Assembly: GCA_963667035.1 (NCBI GenBank)
Contig: OY762964.1
Location: 2,880,001 to 2,944,000 of the forward strand
Length of the DNA: 64,000 nucleotides
Source of the DNA: Candidatus Cloacimonadales bacterium
Lineage (GTDB): Bacteria > Cloacimonadota > Cloacimonadia > Cloacimonadales > JAFGVF01
Reading direction: 5' to 3'
The translations under genes were made by a program, and so were the position numbers. Below, one piece after another: positions 18,549 to 29,190 of this stretch (position 1 is its first letter; each line of letters starts with the position of its first letter). The notes below the pieces were generated by a model. It saw only the letters and a program-made list of their open reading frames with translations. It was not told the DNA's origin and made no database searches.

Positions 18549-21500
18549 ATGAAGAAGGTATTATTAATTATTACGGCAATGTTTATTATACTTTCAATAA
18601 TTGCTAATCCGCAGAGTATTCAACTTGATTCGTCGAGAACAGAATCAAATCTGCTGAGTTCAAGCAATAAAGGTATTGACATTGAGTTTAATGTTTCAAG
18701 TTTAAATTGGTTTGAAGTTGAAACATCAAAGGGTCTTTTCACTGAAATTAACATCGATTCATACACTCATACTAATAAGGTTGGTTTCCCAAAACTTCCT
18801 ATGGAAAGAAAAATTATTGAGGTGCCTTTAGGTGCCAAGGTAGTACCTGAAATTAAAGTTATCAATAGTAGGACTTTCAATCTTTCTGAGTATGGTATAA
18901 ACAGCAGAATTATTCCGGATCAACCCTCAATAGCAAAGAGTGTAGATCCTACTTCAATAGAATTTGTTATCAATGAAAATGCTTATACTGTCTACAATCG
19001 TAATCAGGAATTAGTTCAAGTTAAAGAGCTGGGAATATTGAGAAATGCTCGCTTGTTTACTGTAGACTATTATCCGGTGGATTATAATCCAGTAAATGGA
19101 GATGTAACAGTTATCACAGAATCTGAAGTACATATTGAGTTCGTTAACAGCGATATGAATAGAACTAATGCTCTAAAAGCTAGAACAGCTTCCTATCAGT
19201 TTGAAAATCTAATAAAGAACTTTGCTTTTTCCACCCTCGAGACAAGCAATAGAAACACACTTAATAGATATCCTTTAGGATATATCATAGTAACCCCTGC
19301 AAACTTTGTTTCTACTCTCCAACCATTTATTGACTGGAAAACTGAGCAAGGCTTCCAGGTTACGGTTGCTACTACTGATGTTATTGGAACAACAACTTCA
19401 GCAATTAGCAACTACATAAGTGGAATATGGAATGCTTCAACTACCGAGCATCCTGCCCCAACATATCTCTTGATTGTTGGAGATGTTGCACAAGTTCCTG
19501 CTTTTAACGGTCAGACTGAAAGTCACATTACCGATTTGAACTATGTAAAACTTCAGGGTAATGATTACTTACCTGAGATGTATTTTGGTAGATTCTCAGC
19601 TCAGAATGTTAGCCAATTACAACCTCAAGTAGATAAAACTCTTATGTATGAAAAATATTTAATGCCTGATCCAAGTTACCTTGATAATGTTGTACTTATA
19701 GCAGGTATGGATGACAACTACGGTCCATCTCATGGTAATGGTGCAATCAATTATGGTTCTCAAAACTACTTCAATGCATCACATGGTTTAAATGCAACAA
19801 CATACTTTTATCCTTCATCTGGAAACTCTGCATCATCAATCATTTCAAATGTATCTAATGGTGTAGGATATATAAATTATACAGCTCACGGAGATACTCA
19901 AGAATGGTATAGTCCTAATTTCGATAATAGTGATATTAATGGACTTCAAAACTCAGGAAAATATACTTTTGCCGTCGGTAATTGCTGTCTGACTAACCAC
20001 TTTCAAACAGATACTTGTTTTGGAGAAGCTTGGTTAAGAGCAAATGATAAAGGTGCAATCGTTTATATAAGTGGCACTAACTCAACTTATTGGGATGAAG
20101 ATTATTGGTGGGCTGTTGGTAATAAACCAATAACCGGTAGTGGAACTCCATGGATTGCAAATCATATTGGTGTTTACGACGGCATGTTTCATGAGCATGA
20201 CGAAGCATATGATAATTGGGTAACAACTGCCGGATCTATGACTTTTATGGGGAATATGGCAGTTGTTCAAGGTAATGGTTCTTCAAACTATTATTGGGAG
20301 ATATATTCAATAATGGGAGATCCATCATTGAGTCCATACATAGGCCAGGCTGAAACACAGACAACTTCAGTTCCTTCACAAGTCTTTATAGGACAAACTA
20401 ATATGTTGCTTAATGTTGCACCACACGCCTACATCGCCCTTACTAATGAAGGTCAAATTATTGCAACAGATGTAGCAGATGGTACAGGTTATGTAAGTTT
20501 TGATTTCCCTGCAATTACAACTGCAGGTAATGTAAAGCTTGTTTCAACATCTTTTGGGTATCAACCTTACGAAACAACCATCCAGGTAATTCCTAATGAT
20601 GGTCCTTATTTAAACATTTCTAGCTTCAACATTGACGAAGCTACTTCTATAAATGCCGGTTCTGAAGTAAGGATTGATTTCACAGTAGCCAATATTGGTA
20701 ATGCAGGGGTATCAAATATTACAGCTGTCCTATCATCTGAAGATCAATATGTTACAATTACTAATAATATCATTGATATTCCTATAGTATCAGCAAATGA
20801 TGAGTTTTCAATTGAAGATGCTTTTACAGTAAGAGTCAGTTCCAACATCCCTGATGGACATAATATTCGTTTCTCTGTTTCAATGGGAGATCACAATAAC
20901 TCATGGATTTCAAATGTTACTCTTCAAGGTATAGCCCCTAAATTTGAACTAAGCAACTTCTCATTCACAGAAAGTAATGGTGATGGTGCTTTAGATCCTG
21001 GTGAAAATGCAACTATAAATATAACTGTTTCTAATACTGGTCACATGGTTGCTGAAAATGCTAGGGTTGACTTTATAGTTAGTAATCCGCTAGTAACTGT
21101 TCCAGTTACAAGTAATTCAATTGGGAGTTTAGCAGTTGGAGGTGACAACACAACTTCATTTGCTATCCAACTTGACGATTCATTCGACTCTGCCGGTATA
21201 GTATTCGGTATATCCGTATCAGCTGATTGTGGCGACTATATAGAAAACTACCTCATTCCTGTAGGACTGAGTGGAGATAGCTTTGAATCAGGTGATTTCT
21301 CGACTTTAAATTGGACAATGAATGGCAACTCTGATTGGCAAATTAATACTCAAGAGATACATGACGGAAACTATAGTGCAAAATCAGGAACTATTAGTAA
21401 TAACGGTTCAACATCTATGAGTGCTACTGTTGATATCGTTGTTGCCGGGGATATTAGCTTCTGGTATAAAGTGTCTTCTGAAAGTAATTATGATTGGTTA

Positions 21501-22307
21501 GAGTTTTATGATGGAACAACTAGAGTCCAAAGGTGGTCGGGAGAAGCTGGTTGGAGTCAGTTTATCCATCCAGTATCAGCTGGTACTCATACTTTTACTT
21601 GGAAATATGACAAAGACTGGTCTGATAGTGATGGTACCGATTGTGCTTGGATTGATGATATCATTATGCCTGGTAGTGCAACTGGCGGTACAAGCATGCC
21701 AATCTTGTATTGCACTCAGAACACTATTGAGTTTACGGACATTCCCGCTAATGAAGAATCAAGTCGAGAATTTGTTATACAGAATGCTGGTAATGAAGTA
21801 TTAAATGGCTCAGTAATTTTACCTCAAGGATTCGACCTTGAAGGAGAGCAAAACTATACTATAGAAAGTGGAGAATCAAAGGTGTTCTCAATAAGTCATA
21901 CTCCTGTTGCAGGTGAAGAATTGACTGACACTATCACAATAACTTCAAATGATCCTAATAACAACTCGATGACTATCACCGTAACCGTTTCAAATGTGAC
22001 TGGTATTGATGGAGAGGAATCTTTACCATTACAAACTGCTTTGAATGGAAATTTTCCAAATCCTTTCAATCCTACAACAAATATATCCTTTGCATTGAAG
22101 AAAAGTAGCAATATTTCAATTGATATTTATAACATCTTGGGACAGAAAGTTACAACTCTGATTAACGAGTATAAACTTGCCGGGAACTATTCAATTACTT
22201 GGGAAGGAACTGACAGTAATAACCACAAAGTTGCCTCTGGTGTATATTTCTATAGAATGAAAACAGATAACTATACAAACACAAAGAAGATGCTTCTTAT
22301 GAAATAA
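18549..22307 (+). CDS. Secreted C25 cysteine peptidase, Lys-gingipain-like, with T9SS/FlgD-Ig CTD
   Basis: NYTAHG (His), GNCCLT (Cys), TYWDEDYWWAVG, YYWEIY, NFPNPFNP...KKMLLMK. Confidence 0.92.
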   Translation: MKKVLLIITAMFIILSIIANPQSIQLDSSRTESNLLSSSNKGIDIEFNVSSLNWFEVETSKGLFTEINIDSYTHTNKVGFPKLPMERKIIEVPLGAKVVPEIKVINSRTFNLSEYGINSRIIPDQPSIAKSVDPTSIEFVINENAYTVYNRNQELVQVKELGILRNARLFTVDYYPVDYNPVNGDVTVITESEVHIEFVNSDMNRTNALKARTASYQFENLIKNFAFSTLETSNRNTLNRYPLGYIIVTPANFVSTLQPFIDWKTEQGFQVTVATTDVIGTTTSAISNYISGIWNASTTEHPAPTYLLIVGDVAQVPAFNGQTESHITDLNYVKLQGNDYLPEMYFGRFSAQNVSQLQPQVDKTLMYEKYLMPDPSYLDNVVLIAGMDDNYGPSHGNGAINYGSQNYFNASHGLNATTYFYPSSGNSASSIISNVSNGVGYINYTAHGDTQEWYSPNFDNSDINGLQNSGKYTFAVGNCCLTNHFQTDTCFGEAWLRANDKGAIVYISGTNSTYWDEDYWWAVGNKPITGSGTPWIANHIGVYDGMFHEHDEAYDNWVTTAGSMTFMGNMAVVQGNGSSNYYWEIYSIMGDPSLSPYIGQAETQTTSVPSQVFIGQTNMLLNVAPHAYIALTNEGQIIATDVADGTGYVSFDFPAITTAGNVKLVSTSFGYQPYETTIQVIPNDGPYLNISSFNIDEATSINAGSEVRIDFTVANIGNAGVSNITAVLSSEDQYVTITNNIIDIPIVSANDEFSIEDAFTVRVSSNIPDGHNIRFSVSMGDHNNSWISNVTLQGIAPKFELSNFSFTESNGDGALDPGENATINITVSNTGHMVAENARVDFIVSNPLVTVPVTSNSIGSLAVGGDNTTSFAIQLDDSFDSAGIVFGISVSADCGDYIENYLIPVGLSGDSFESGDFSTLNWTMNGNSDWQINTQEIHDGNYSAKSGTISNNGSTSMSATVDIVVAGDISFWYKVSSESNYDWLEFYDGTTRVQRWSGEAGWSQFIHPVSAGTHTFTWKYDKDWSDSDGTDCAWIDDIIMPGSATGGTSMPILYCTQNTIEFTDIPANEESSREFVIQNAGNEVLNGSVILPQGFDLEGEQNYTIESGESKVFSISHTPVAGEELTDTITITSNDPNNNSMTITVTVSNVTGIDGEESLPLQTALNGNFPNPFNPTTNISFALKKSSNISIDIYNILGQKVTTLINEYKLAGNYSITWEGTDSNNHKVASGVYFYRMKTDNYTNTKKMLLMK

Positions 22308-22323
22308 GGATTGATAATTAGTT

Positions 22324-22352
22324 AAAGCCTATCGATAATCGATAGGCTTTTT
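22324..22352. terminator. Bidirectional terminator between convergent genes
   Basis: AAAGCCTATCGAT-A-ATCGATAGGCTTT followed by TT. Confidence 0.85.
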
Positions 22353-22473
22353 AAAAATTGTTTATAATAGCTATAACAATCGCTGTATCATTTACTAGTA
22401 GCAGTTTAACTTCAGCTAATGCATGTGAAACTATAATAAAGCCTTTAATAATTTTAAACTCAAATCAAAGTAG

Positions 22474-23274
22474 TTATGTAACTGAATCTAAGTCCCTTTG
22501 CATTACTTCTTCTATTTCTACCCTATTATCATCATCTTCTTCATTGAAGATGTTCTTTCTTACTCTCCAATCAGAGAGAAAAAATATTAAAGAAAAACCA
22601 ACAAGAAATATAGTCCATCCTATTCTATTCCAATGGAATCTATTACGAGAAAGTATCCAGCAAATGCAACTTACGGAAGTTATCACAATCGAATTAACAA
22701 AAAGATAGAAATTTCTATGCTTTATATTTGTTAATAGTAGATATAAAGTGATAATCATAAAATAAATTGCAATAATAATCGGAAAGTATAGCACTGCATA
22801 TATTAAATGAGTTGTATTACCTGCCAAAATAATGCCAAGAGAGGTAAAAGTCAGAATATAGGGAACTAAATCAGTTATTAATCTTCTAAATCTAAGCAAA
22901 TAGCCAAAAAACTCTGTCCAAAGTATGACAGCCATTGACATTGTAAAGAGATGAAATTTAAGTCGACTTATAATGTCAAAAACACCAACCATTGTATAAA
23001 ATACATAGATACCTATCAAGATGCTTAGCTCTCCTGCAATTCTAACCTTGAATTGAAGATAAATAATAAAGAGAATTAATCCCAAGCAAAACAGAAAGCC
23101 TGAATGGAAGGCAACTGAAGGAGAGAACTCAATCTCAGGTTCGTTAGCTAAAACTATATTGCTGACTGGATAAGTATAATCTTCAACCAGATAAATATTA
23201 TGCATTATCAAAGTCGCTCCAATTGTACCTAAAATGAAAAGTATGAATACCACAAAACCTTTAACACTAATCAT
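22474..23274 (-). CDS. Hypothetical polytopic membrane protein
   Basis: About 8 hydrophobic segments, acidic tail; overlaps the merR stop. Confidence 0.7.
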   Translation of the reverse strand: MISVKGFVVFILFILGTIGATLIMHNIYLVEDYTYPVSNIVLANEPEIEFSPSVAFHSGFLFCLGLILFIIYLQFKVRIAGELSILIGIYVFYTMVGVFDIISRLKFHLFTMSMAVILWTEFFGYLLRFRRLITDLVPYILTFTSLGIILAGNTTHLIYAVLYFPIIIAIYFMIITLYLLLTNIKHRNFYLFVNSIVITSVSCICWILSRNRFHWNRIGWTIFLVGFSLIFFLSDWRVRKNIFNEEDDDNRVEIEEVMQRDLDSVT

Positions 23275-23653
23275 GATTTATTTCTTCTATAGCTTTAGAT
23301 AACAATGCATTAAGTCTTTCTGATAGATTTTTAAGATTTTCAACTTTTTCTCTTATTAACTCACGCTTTGTCAATGGATTGTCACCATAATTGAATTCAG
23401 GTTGTTCGCTTTTTTGTGCTTTTCTATGAGAAGAAAGGACCTTCTTAGCTCCTTCTATGGTGTATTTCTGAATATAAAGCATCTCTTTTATGGTTCTCAA
23501 AAGTTGAATATCATCTTGAGTATATCTACGGTTATGACCTTGTTTCTTATTGGGTTTTAGTTGCGGAAAGACAGTTTCCCAATACCTTATCACATGAGTT
23601 TTTAACTCAAGTAGATTTCCAACTTCTCCGATTGTATAATAATATTTACTCAT
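23267..23653 (-). CDS. MerR-family HTH transcriptional regulator
   Basis: YYTIGEV, HVIRYWE, NRRYT, YTIEGAK. Confidence 0.9.
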   Translation of the reverse strand: MSKYYYTIGEVGNLLELKTHVIRYWETVFPQLKPNKKQGHNRRYTQDDIQLLRTIKEMLYIQKYTIEGAKKVLSSHRKAQKSEQPEFNYGDNPLTKRELIREKVENLKNLSERLNALLSKAIEEINHD

Positions 23654-25143
23654 AAAATTCCCTCTTTTTCCTCCTTTTCACTCTTCACCAAAGAAACAGC
23701 AAACAGTATCAGTGAAAAGATTGGGAGAATATAAATGAATTTATAAAATCTAGTATAGTAATATGAAATAGCTTCAGTAGTTTTTAACTGCTTAACAATT
23801 CCTGTAACATCAAACAAATCAGTCTTTGCCACTATTCTTCCGATAGGATCTACAACTAATGATATACCTGTGTTTGCAGCTCTATATATCTGTTTTCTAG
23901 CTTCTACAGCTCTAAATCGTGTTAACATTGCATGCTGATAGGTACCTGCTGAATGACCGAACCATGCATCATTGGTGATATTGACAATAAAATCTGGATT
24001 CTTTTTATATGCTCTATACATATGCTCGGGGAAAGCAACTTCAAAACAAATCTGTGGAACAAAAGTAAAACCCATAAAATGAAATGAATTAATCTCTTTC
24101 CCATACTCCCAATTAGCTTGCCCGAAATCAAGTTTTCTTAATGAGGGTATGAAATCTAATAGTATCATTCTCTCACCAAATGGAACTAGATAATTCTTGT
24201 AATACGGTTTATCTACATTTCCATCCGGATGGATTAAGGAAGCAGCATTATAATGCTGCTCACCTTCCTTCGAAGATGTGACTCTATCTGGAAAACCGGC
24301 AAATATTGCCATATTAGTGTTCATAGCAATTGTGGTAACCATACTTTTGTAATAAACATTTCTTATTATTGGTACCGGCACACATGATTCAGGCCATATA
24401 ACCATTGAAGTAAGACTGTCTGCAACACTATAAGTAATATCTTTATATTTCTGGAAATTATCTTTTAAATACTTGAAATCCCATTTCCGGTCTTGATGGA
24501 TACTTGGCTGAACAATTGCTATTGATAAAGGCTCTTGCTTCAATTTTATGCTACCTATACGTATCAATCCATATCCAAACCATAAGAAGAAAACTGCCAC
24601 TATTAAAATAATTTGTTCAGACTTTCTTTCTGCAATGAATCTATATAAAAGATAGTTTATCATCAGGATAATGGCAGAGATTAAGTATATTCCGCCAACA
24701 TCCGCAATTTGAATTAAAGGCAAATAATCTGCAATGGCATAACCAATATCATTCCAAGGGAACCTTAGTTCGGAGTAGTTCTGCAATAGCTCAAGAGAAA
24801 GCCAAACTGATACTAAGCTTATCAGCTTAAGTTTTGGAAATCTTTTCCACAATCGTATTATTAAATAGAATGTAATAGAAAAGTATATTGTGAATAGGGG
24901 GATAATCCCTAAAAAACCTGCAACTGTAACCAGAGATATCCAATGAAGACCAGTAAAACAATAAACTATAGAGAAAAGGAATGCCGCTATTATCGTATTG
25001 GTTATTTTAGTTTTATGGCTATCAAAGTAATAGAGTAAAGGTATTAATCCAGCAAATGCTACAAATCCAGTGTGTAGAGGTAATCTTGATAATCCTATCA
25101 AGAATGCTGATAGCATTACAAGTAATAATTTTTTATCTTTCAT
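23650..25143 (-). CDS. lnt: Apolipoprotein N-acyltransferase
   Basis: FPW, WPES, KNYLVPFGE, QICFE, NDAWFG, RAANTGIS. ATG 25143 preferred over track start 25203. Confidence 0.95.
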   Translation of the reverse strand: MKDKKLLLVMLSAFLIGLSRLPLHTGFVAFAGLIPLLYYFDSHKTKITNTIIAAFLFSIVYCFTGLHWISLVTVAGFLGIIPLFTIYFSITFYLIIRLWKRFPKLKLISLVSVWLSLELLQNYSELRFPWNDIGYAIADYLPLIQIADVGGIYLISAIILMINYLLYRFIAERKSEQIILIVAVFFLWFGYGLIRIGSIKLKQEPLSIAIVQPSIHQDRKWDFKYLKDNFQKYKDITYSVADSLTSMVIWPESCVPVPIIRNVYYKSMVTTIAMNTNMAIFAGFPDRVTSSKEGEQHYNAASLIHPDGNVDKPYYKNYLVPFGERMILLDFIPSLRKLDFGQANWEYGKEINSFHFMGFTFVPQICFEVAFPEHMYRAYKKNPDFIVNITNDAWFGHSAGTYQHAMLTRFRAVEARKQIYRAANTGISLVVDPIGRIVAKTDLFDVTGIVKQLKTTEAISYYYTRFYKFIYILPIFSLILFAVSLVKSEKEEKEGIL

Positions 25144-25954
25144 AATTATCTGAATAATGAATTTCAACAACAATGAATCCGTTAGTTTGGGAACAATAAA
25201 CAATTTTGTTAGTAGTTCTTAATGATAAGTATTTATCAACTGACAAGCAGTACTTCTCTTCTAAATTATCCGTTTCTAACCAATTAGGCATCATTTTAAT
25301 ATGATTGCCGTACTTATCAAAAGTAAACTCTCCAGTTAAACTACCTATTCGCTTGCCAATTGTATTATAAACATAAGTTTTCTCAGTTTGCTTGTCCCTA
25401 ATTAACAACTGACTATCTACCAAATCCAGACTAGAGATATTGGAGAAAGTAAATCTTCCGAAATCAAAGTCAACCGTATTGCTTAATGCATTATAAAGAG
25501 ATATAGTACTTCCAAAAAAATCGAATATATAGAAATTATTCTCATTATCTGCTACAAATCGTTCAGGGCGTTTAAAGCTTTCAAGCTTCCATTCCGAAAC
25601 AAATCTCCCATCTCTGTCATACTTCTTAACAAGTTTTGTAGCACTATCCAATGCAAAAACACCTCCATCAGTTGCGAGTGTTATATCTGACAGTCTTTGA
25701 AATCTTGTTTTGGATGAACCGATTCCACCGATAAAGTTTACAAAAATCCCATCTCTGTAAATGTGTATTCTATTCTGATTTCTTTCCAGAATATAGTCTG
25801 TTTTATAGATATCATCAATACAGACTCTATCCGGAGTAAATCCCAGAGAGACAACCCTCTTAATACACATTGTCGAGATACTCTTTCTGTTTTGCATTTT
25901 ATTAGTCGAGCAAGCAGATACTATAACAACAAAGAGAATAAGTAGTTTTCTCAT
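25133..25954 (-). CDS. NHL-repeat-like beta-propeller lipoprotein
   Basis: Lipobox VSAC; repeats such as PDRVCIDD and VKKYDRDGRFV. Confidence 0.65.
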   Translation of the reverse strand: MRKLLILFVVIVSACSTNKMQNRKSISTMCIKRVVSLGFTPDRVCIDDIYKTDYILERNQNRIHIYRDGIFVNFIGGIGSSKTRFQRLSDITLATDGGVFALDSATKLVKKYDRDGRFVSEWKLESFKRPERFVADNENNFYIFDFFGSTISLYNALSNTVDFDFGRFTFSNISSLDLVDSQLLIRDKQTEKTYVYNTIGKRIGSLTGEFTFDKYGNHIKMMPNWLETDNLEEKYCLSVDKYLSLRTTNKIVYCSQTNGFIVVEIHYSDNYER

Positions 25955-27670
25955 TTATCTAACTCTTAGATCCTTCAATTTGCCTTGAATTGTTTTTTTA
26001 CCAAAGAAGTTATTAATCTCAAGAGTATAAACTATATCAACAACACTATTCTTTCTCAGTTTAACTAGCATATGTCCAAGATTATATCCAATAATATCAA
26101 GAGTTACTCCATCCTTGATAACTTTCATCTTTAGATGATTACGTCCTACAGTATATGGATAACTACTAATTGTGACTTCTCTGGTAGAAAAAACAGGTCT
26201 CATATTCTCTGGACCAAAAGGTGCAAACTTCTCTATCCAATCTAACAAACCAAGATTGATCTCATAGAGCTCAATTGTTCTGTCTATAGTAACACATTGA
26301 ACAAGATTATTTAAATCGAGATGATCCTTAACATATTTATCAAGCTCTACCTCAAATTTATCAATTGATTCTTGTCCTATTGTTAATCCAACAGCATACT
26401 TGTGCCCTCCAAAACTATATAGATTGTGTTCAACATTAGTAATTGCCTCAAACAAGTCAAAACTTGCTATTGATCTTCCTGAACCACTTCCGAGTCCATC
26501 TTTAAACGATATCATAATCACAGGTCTATAATATCTCTCTACTAGTTTTGAGGCAACAACCCCAATAACACCTGGATGCCAACCATCTGATGAAACAACA
26601 ATACAGTAAGTACTATCAAGATTCTTATATTTAGCCTTTATTATATCGCAAGCTTCCTGATATGTTTTCTGGTCAGCTTGCTGACGAAGAGAGTTTTGTT
26701 GCTCAATAATCTCGGCAAGCTCATAACTTCTCTTCTCCTCATTGGAAATAAGCAATTCTACTGAGATTGCTGCTGAGCCCATTCTACCTGCCGCATTAAT
26801 TCTAGGAGCAAGTACAAAAACAATATTGGAAGTGTTAATGGTTTTATCATTCAGGTTCGCAATATCTATGAGAGCATTTAAACCATAGTTCTTCTTTTCT
26901 GCTAAATGTTTTAGACCTAAAGATGCAAAAACCCTATTCTCACCTTTAAGCGGAACAATATCAGCTATTGTTCCCAATGCAACTAAATCCAAGTATTTGT
27001 TTACATTCTCTTTGGTTGCAATACCTAACTTTTTATATATTGCCATCAATAGTTTATAAGCAACTCCTACACCGGCTAACTGCTTGAACGGATAGCCACA
27101 ATTCTCAACTTTTGGATTAATTATAGCATATCCATTAGGCAAAGTTTCTTTGGGATTATGATGATCGGTGATTATAACTTCCATCCCCATATCATTTATC
27201 ATATCCACTTCTTCTAAAGCATTTATGCCACAATCAACTGTAATTATTAGCTTTGTTCCATCTTCACTAATTTGTTGAAGACCTGCTTTTGAGAGTCCAT
27301 AGCCATCAATCATACGATGAGGAATATAGAATTCAACTATAGCATCTAGTCTCTTAAGCCCTAGATAAAGCAAAGATGTTGCAGTAGTACCATCAACATC
27401 ATAATCTCCGTAGATTGTTATTCTTTCACGATTATCGATTGCAGTAAGTATCCTTTCTACAGCTTTCCTCATATCATTAAACATGAAAGGATCAATTATC
27501 TCGTCTGCAGTCGGTTCAAAAAACTCAGCAATCTCTTCTGCATTGTAGAGACCTTTACGGACAAGAAGATCAGCAACTAATCGAGGGCATTTAAGCTTAT
27601 CTCTGATAAGTTTACGTTTAGCCTTCAATTCAGGAGCTAATTTTTCTTCAAACTCCCATTTTTTCTCCAT
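25955..27670 (-). CDS. recJ: ssDNA-specific exonuclease
   Basis: YGDYDVDG, TVDCG, TDHH, GTIADIV, PRINAAGR, GGH, PFGPEN. Confidence 0.97.
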   Translation of the reverse strand: MEKKWEFEEKLAPELKAKRKLIRDKLKCPRLVADLLVRKGLYNAEEIAEFFEPTADEIIDPFMFNDMRKAVERILTAIDNRERITIYGDYDVDGTTATSLLYLGLKRLDAIVEFYIPHRMIDGYGLSKAGLQQISEDGTKLIITVDCGINALEEVDMINDMGMEVIITDHHNPKETLPNGYAIINPKVENCGYPFKQLAGVGVAYKLLMAIYKKLGIATKENVNKYLDLVALGTIADIVPLKGENRVFASLGLKHLAEKKNYGLNALIDIANLNDKTINTSNIVFVLAPRINAAGRMGSAAISVELLISNEEKRSYELAEIIEQQNSLRQQADQKTYQEACDIIKAKYKNLDSTYCIVVSSDGWHPGVIGVVASKLVERYYRPVIMISFKDGLGSGSGRSIASFDLFEAITNVEHNLYSFGGHKYAVGLTIGQESIDKFEVELDKYVKDHLDLNNLVQCVTIDRTIELYEINLGLLDWIEKFAPFGPENMRPVFSTREVTISSYPYTVGRNHLKMKVIKDGVTLDIIGYNLGHMLVKLRKNSVVDIVYTLEINNFFGKKTIQGKLKDLRVR

Positions 27671-27847
27671 TTGATTTCCTTTATTTATTAATATTCATAT
27701 AATCAGCATTAGAATCGCATAGCATCTATCCCCCTCTATTCTATTAATTTAGCAATACACTATGCAACTAAATTCTAATATCACTTTAAATTGTATGATG
27801 TAAAGGATTTATTTTTATAAATATGCTAATGTGATTTAGTTTAATGT

Positions 27848-27882
27848 AAAAAGGTAAGCCTGCTTCATTACAGACTCACCTT
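27848..27882 (-). terminator. Orphan intrinsic-terminator-like hairpin
   Basis: Minus strand AAGGTGAGTCTG-N8-CAGGCTTACCTT-TTT with two G-U pairs. Confidence 0.55.
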
Positions 27883-28057
27883 CCAATTGATATATCATAT
27901 ACTACTTTATCATTATAGTTTACATATTGTTATTCATGTGTATGAACATATTTCATATAATAGTTGATTGAGTTTACGACATAAAAGTATGAACTAAATA
28001 AATATTGACTTTTTACCATACATAATATCTTCTATAAAAAAATCAATATGAGGATAA

Positions 28058-29182
28058 ATGAAGCAATTTTACGTTACAGACAGTATTGAGAAGAGAAGTG
28101 AATGTTACCTGGAAAATCAATTTGAAGTTATTTCTCGGTCAGGTTTAAACCAATCGGAAAAAAATATTATTGATCAGCTAGTATTTCTAAAAGATCCTAA
28201 GAGATTGCTCTTTGCTGAAAATAGAACTGGTGCTGCAGCTATGATAGCAAGAGAATTGTATCCCGAGGCTGAGATATATGTGCATAATATAGACATGTAT
28301 TATAGTGAAAAGATTAAGCATAATCTGAGTCTAAATAATGTTAGCTCTATAGAAGTACTTTGCACTCCCGATTTTCCTGAAGTAAAATTGGATGCAGTCT
28401 TTCTTCAGTGCTCTAAAACTAACATTATGAAAGAGTTGTTTATGGAATGGGTTGATGAATCATATCTTAATCTGAAGAAGAAAGGTAAGCTTGTTGTTGG
28501 TTTGGAAACTAGATTTAAATGGCTAGAGGAGCATATTAAACTTCACTTCGAAAGCATGACCTTTAAAGATTACAAACTAAAAGGACTTTGTTTAATTTCC
28601 AGAAAATCTATTGTTAAAGATATTTCTTTAACCAAACGAGATGTTTTTGACTGTGAAATTAATGAAGGTTTCGCTATTCCATTAAGCTCTCGTGCCGGAG
28701 TATTTGCACACCATCGTTTGGATGACGGAGCTTATGCATTGCTTAAGAGCGTAGAAATAAAAGAAGGACAATCTCTTTTCGATATGGGAGCGGGTATAGG
28801 TAGTGTTGGCGTCGCTCTTGGATTACAAGAGAAATTAGAGAAAATCACTTTTTGCGATTCCAATGCAAGAGCAATTGATTCCTGTAAATTCAACTGCGAA
28901 ATGAATGAACTGGAGAATGTAGAGTTTCTTTTAAAAGCAGACGGTGTAAGTGATAAAACTAATCAATACAATGTTTTTGTAGCAAATCCTCCCTATTTTT
29001 CCAACTATAAAATTGCAGAACTATTCGTAATGACAGGATTAGCTGTTCTGAAAAGTGGTGGAGAAGCTTGGTTTGTAGCAAAGAATCCTGAGATACTAAA
29101 AACTATCATGATGGAAAATTTCGGAAATGCTAGAAGCTTTCGCAAGTTTGGCTATGAAATAATTGTTTCAAAGAAAAAGTGA
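28058..29182 (+). CDS. RsmC/RlmG-like (MTS) methyltransferase
   Basis: GVFAHHRLDDG, DMGAGIG, ANPPY; duplicated-domain architecture. Confidence 0.82.
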   Translation: MKQFYVTDSIEKRSECYLENQFEVISRSGLNQSEKNIIDQLVFLKDPKRLLFAENRTGAAAMIARELYPEAEIYVHNIDMYYSEKIKHNLSLNNVSSIEVLCTPDFPEVKLDAVFLQCSKTNIMKELFMEWVDESYLNLKKKGKLVVGLETRFKWLEEHIKLHFESMTFKDYKLKGLCLISRKSIVKDISLTKRDVFDCEINEGFAIPLSSRAGVFAHHRLDDGAYALLKSVEIKEGQSLFDMGAGIGSVGVALGLQEKLEKITFCDSNARAIDSCKFNCEMNELENVEFLLKADGVSDKTNQYNVFVANPPYFSNYKIAELFVMTGLAVLKSGGEAWFVAKNPEILKTIMMENFGNARSFRKFGYEIIVSKKK

Positions 29183-29190
29183 GGTTCTAA

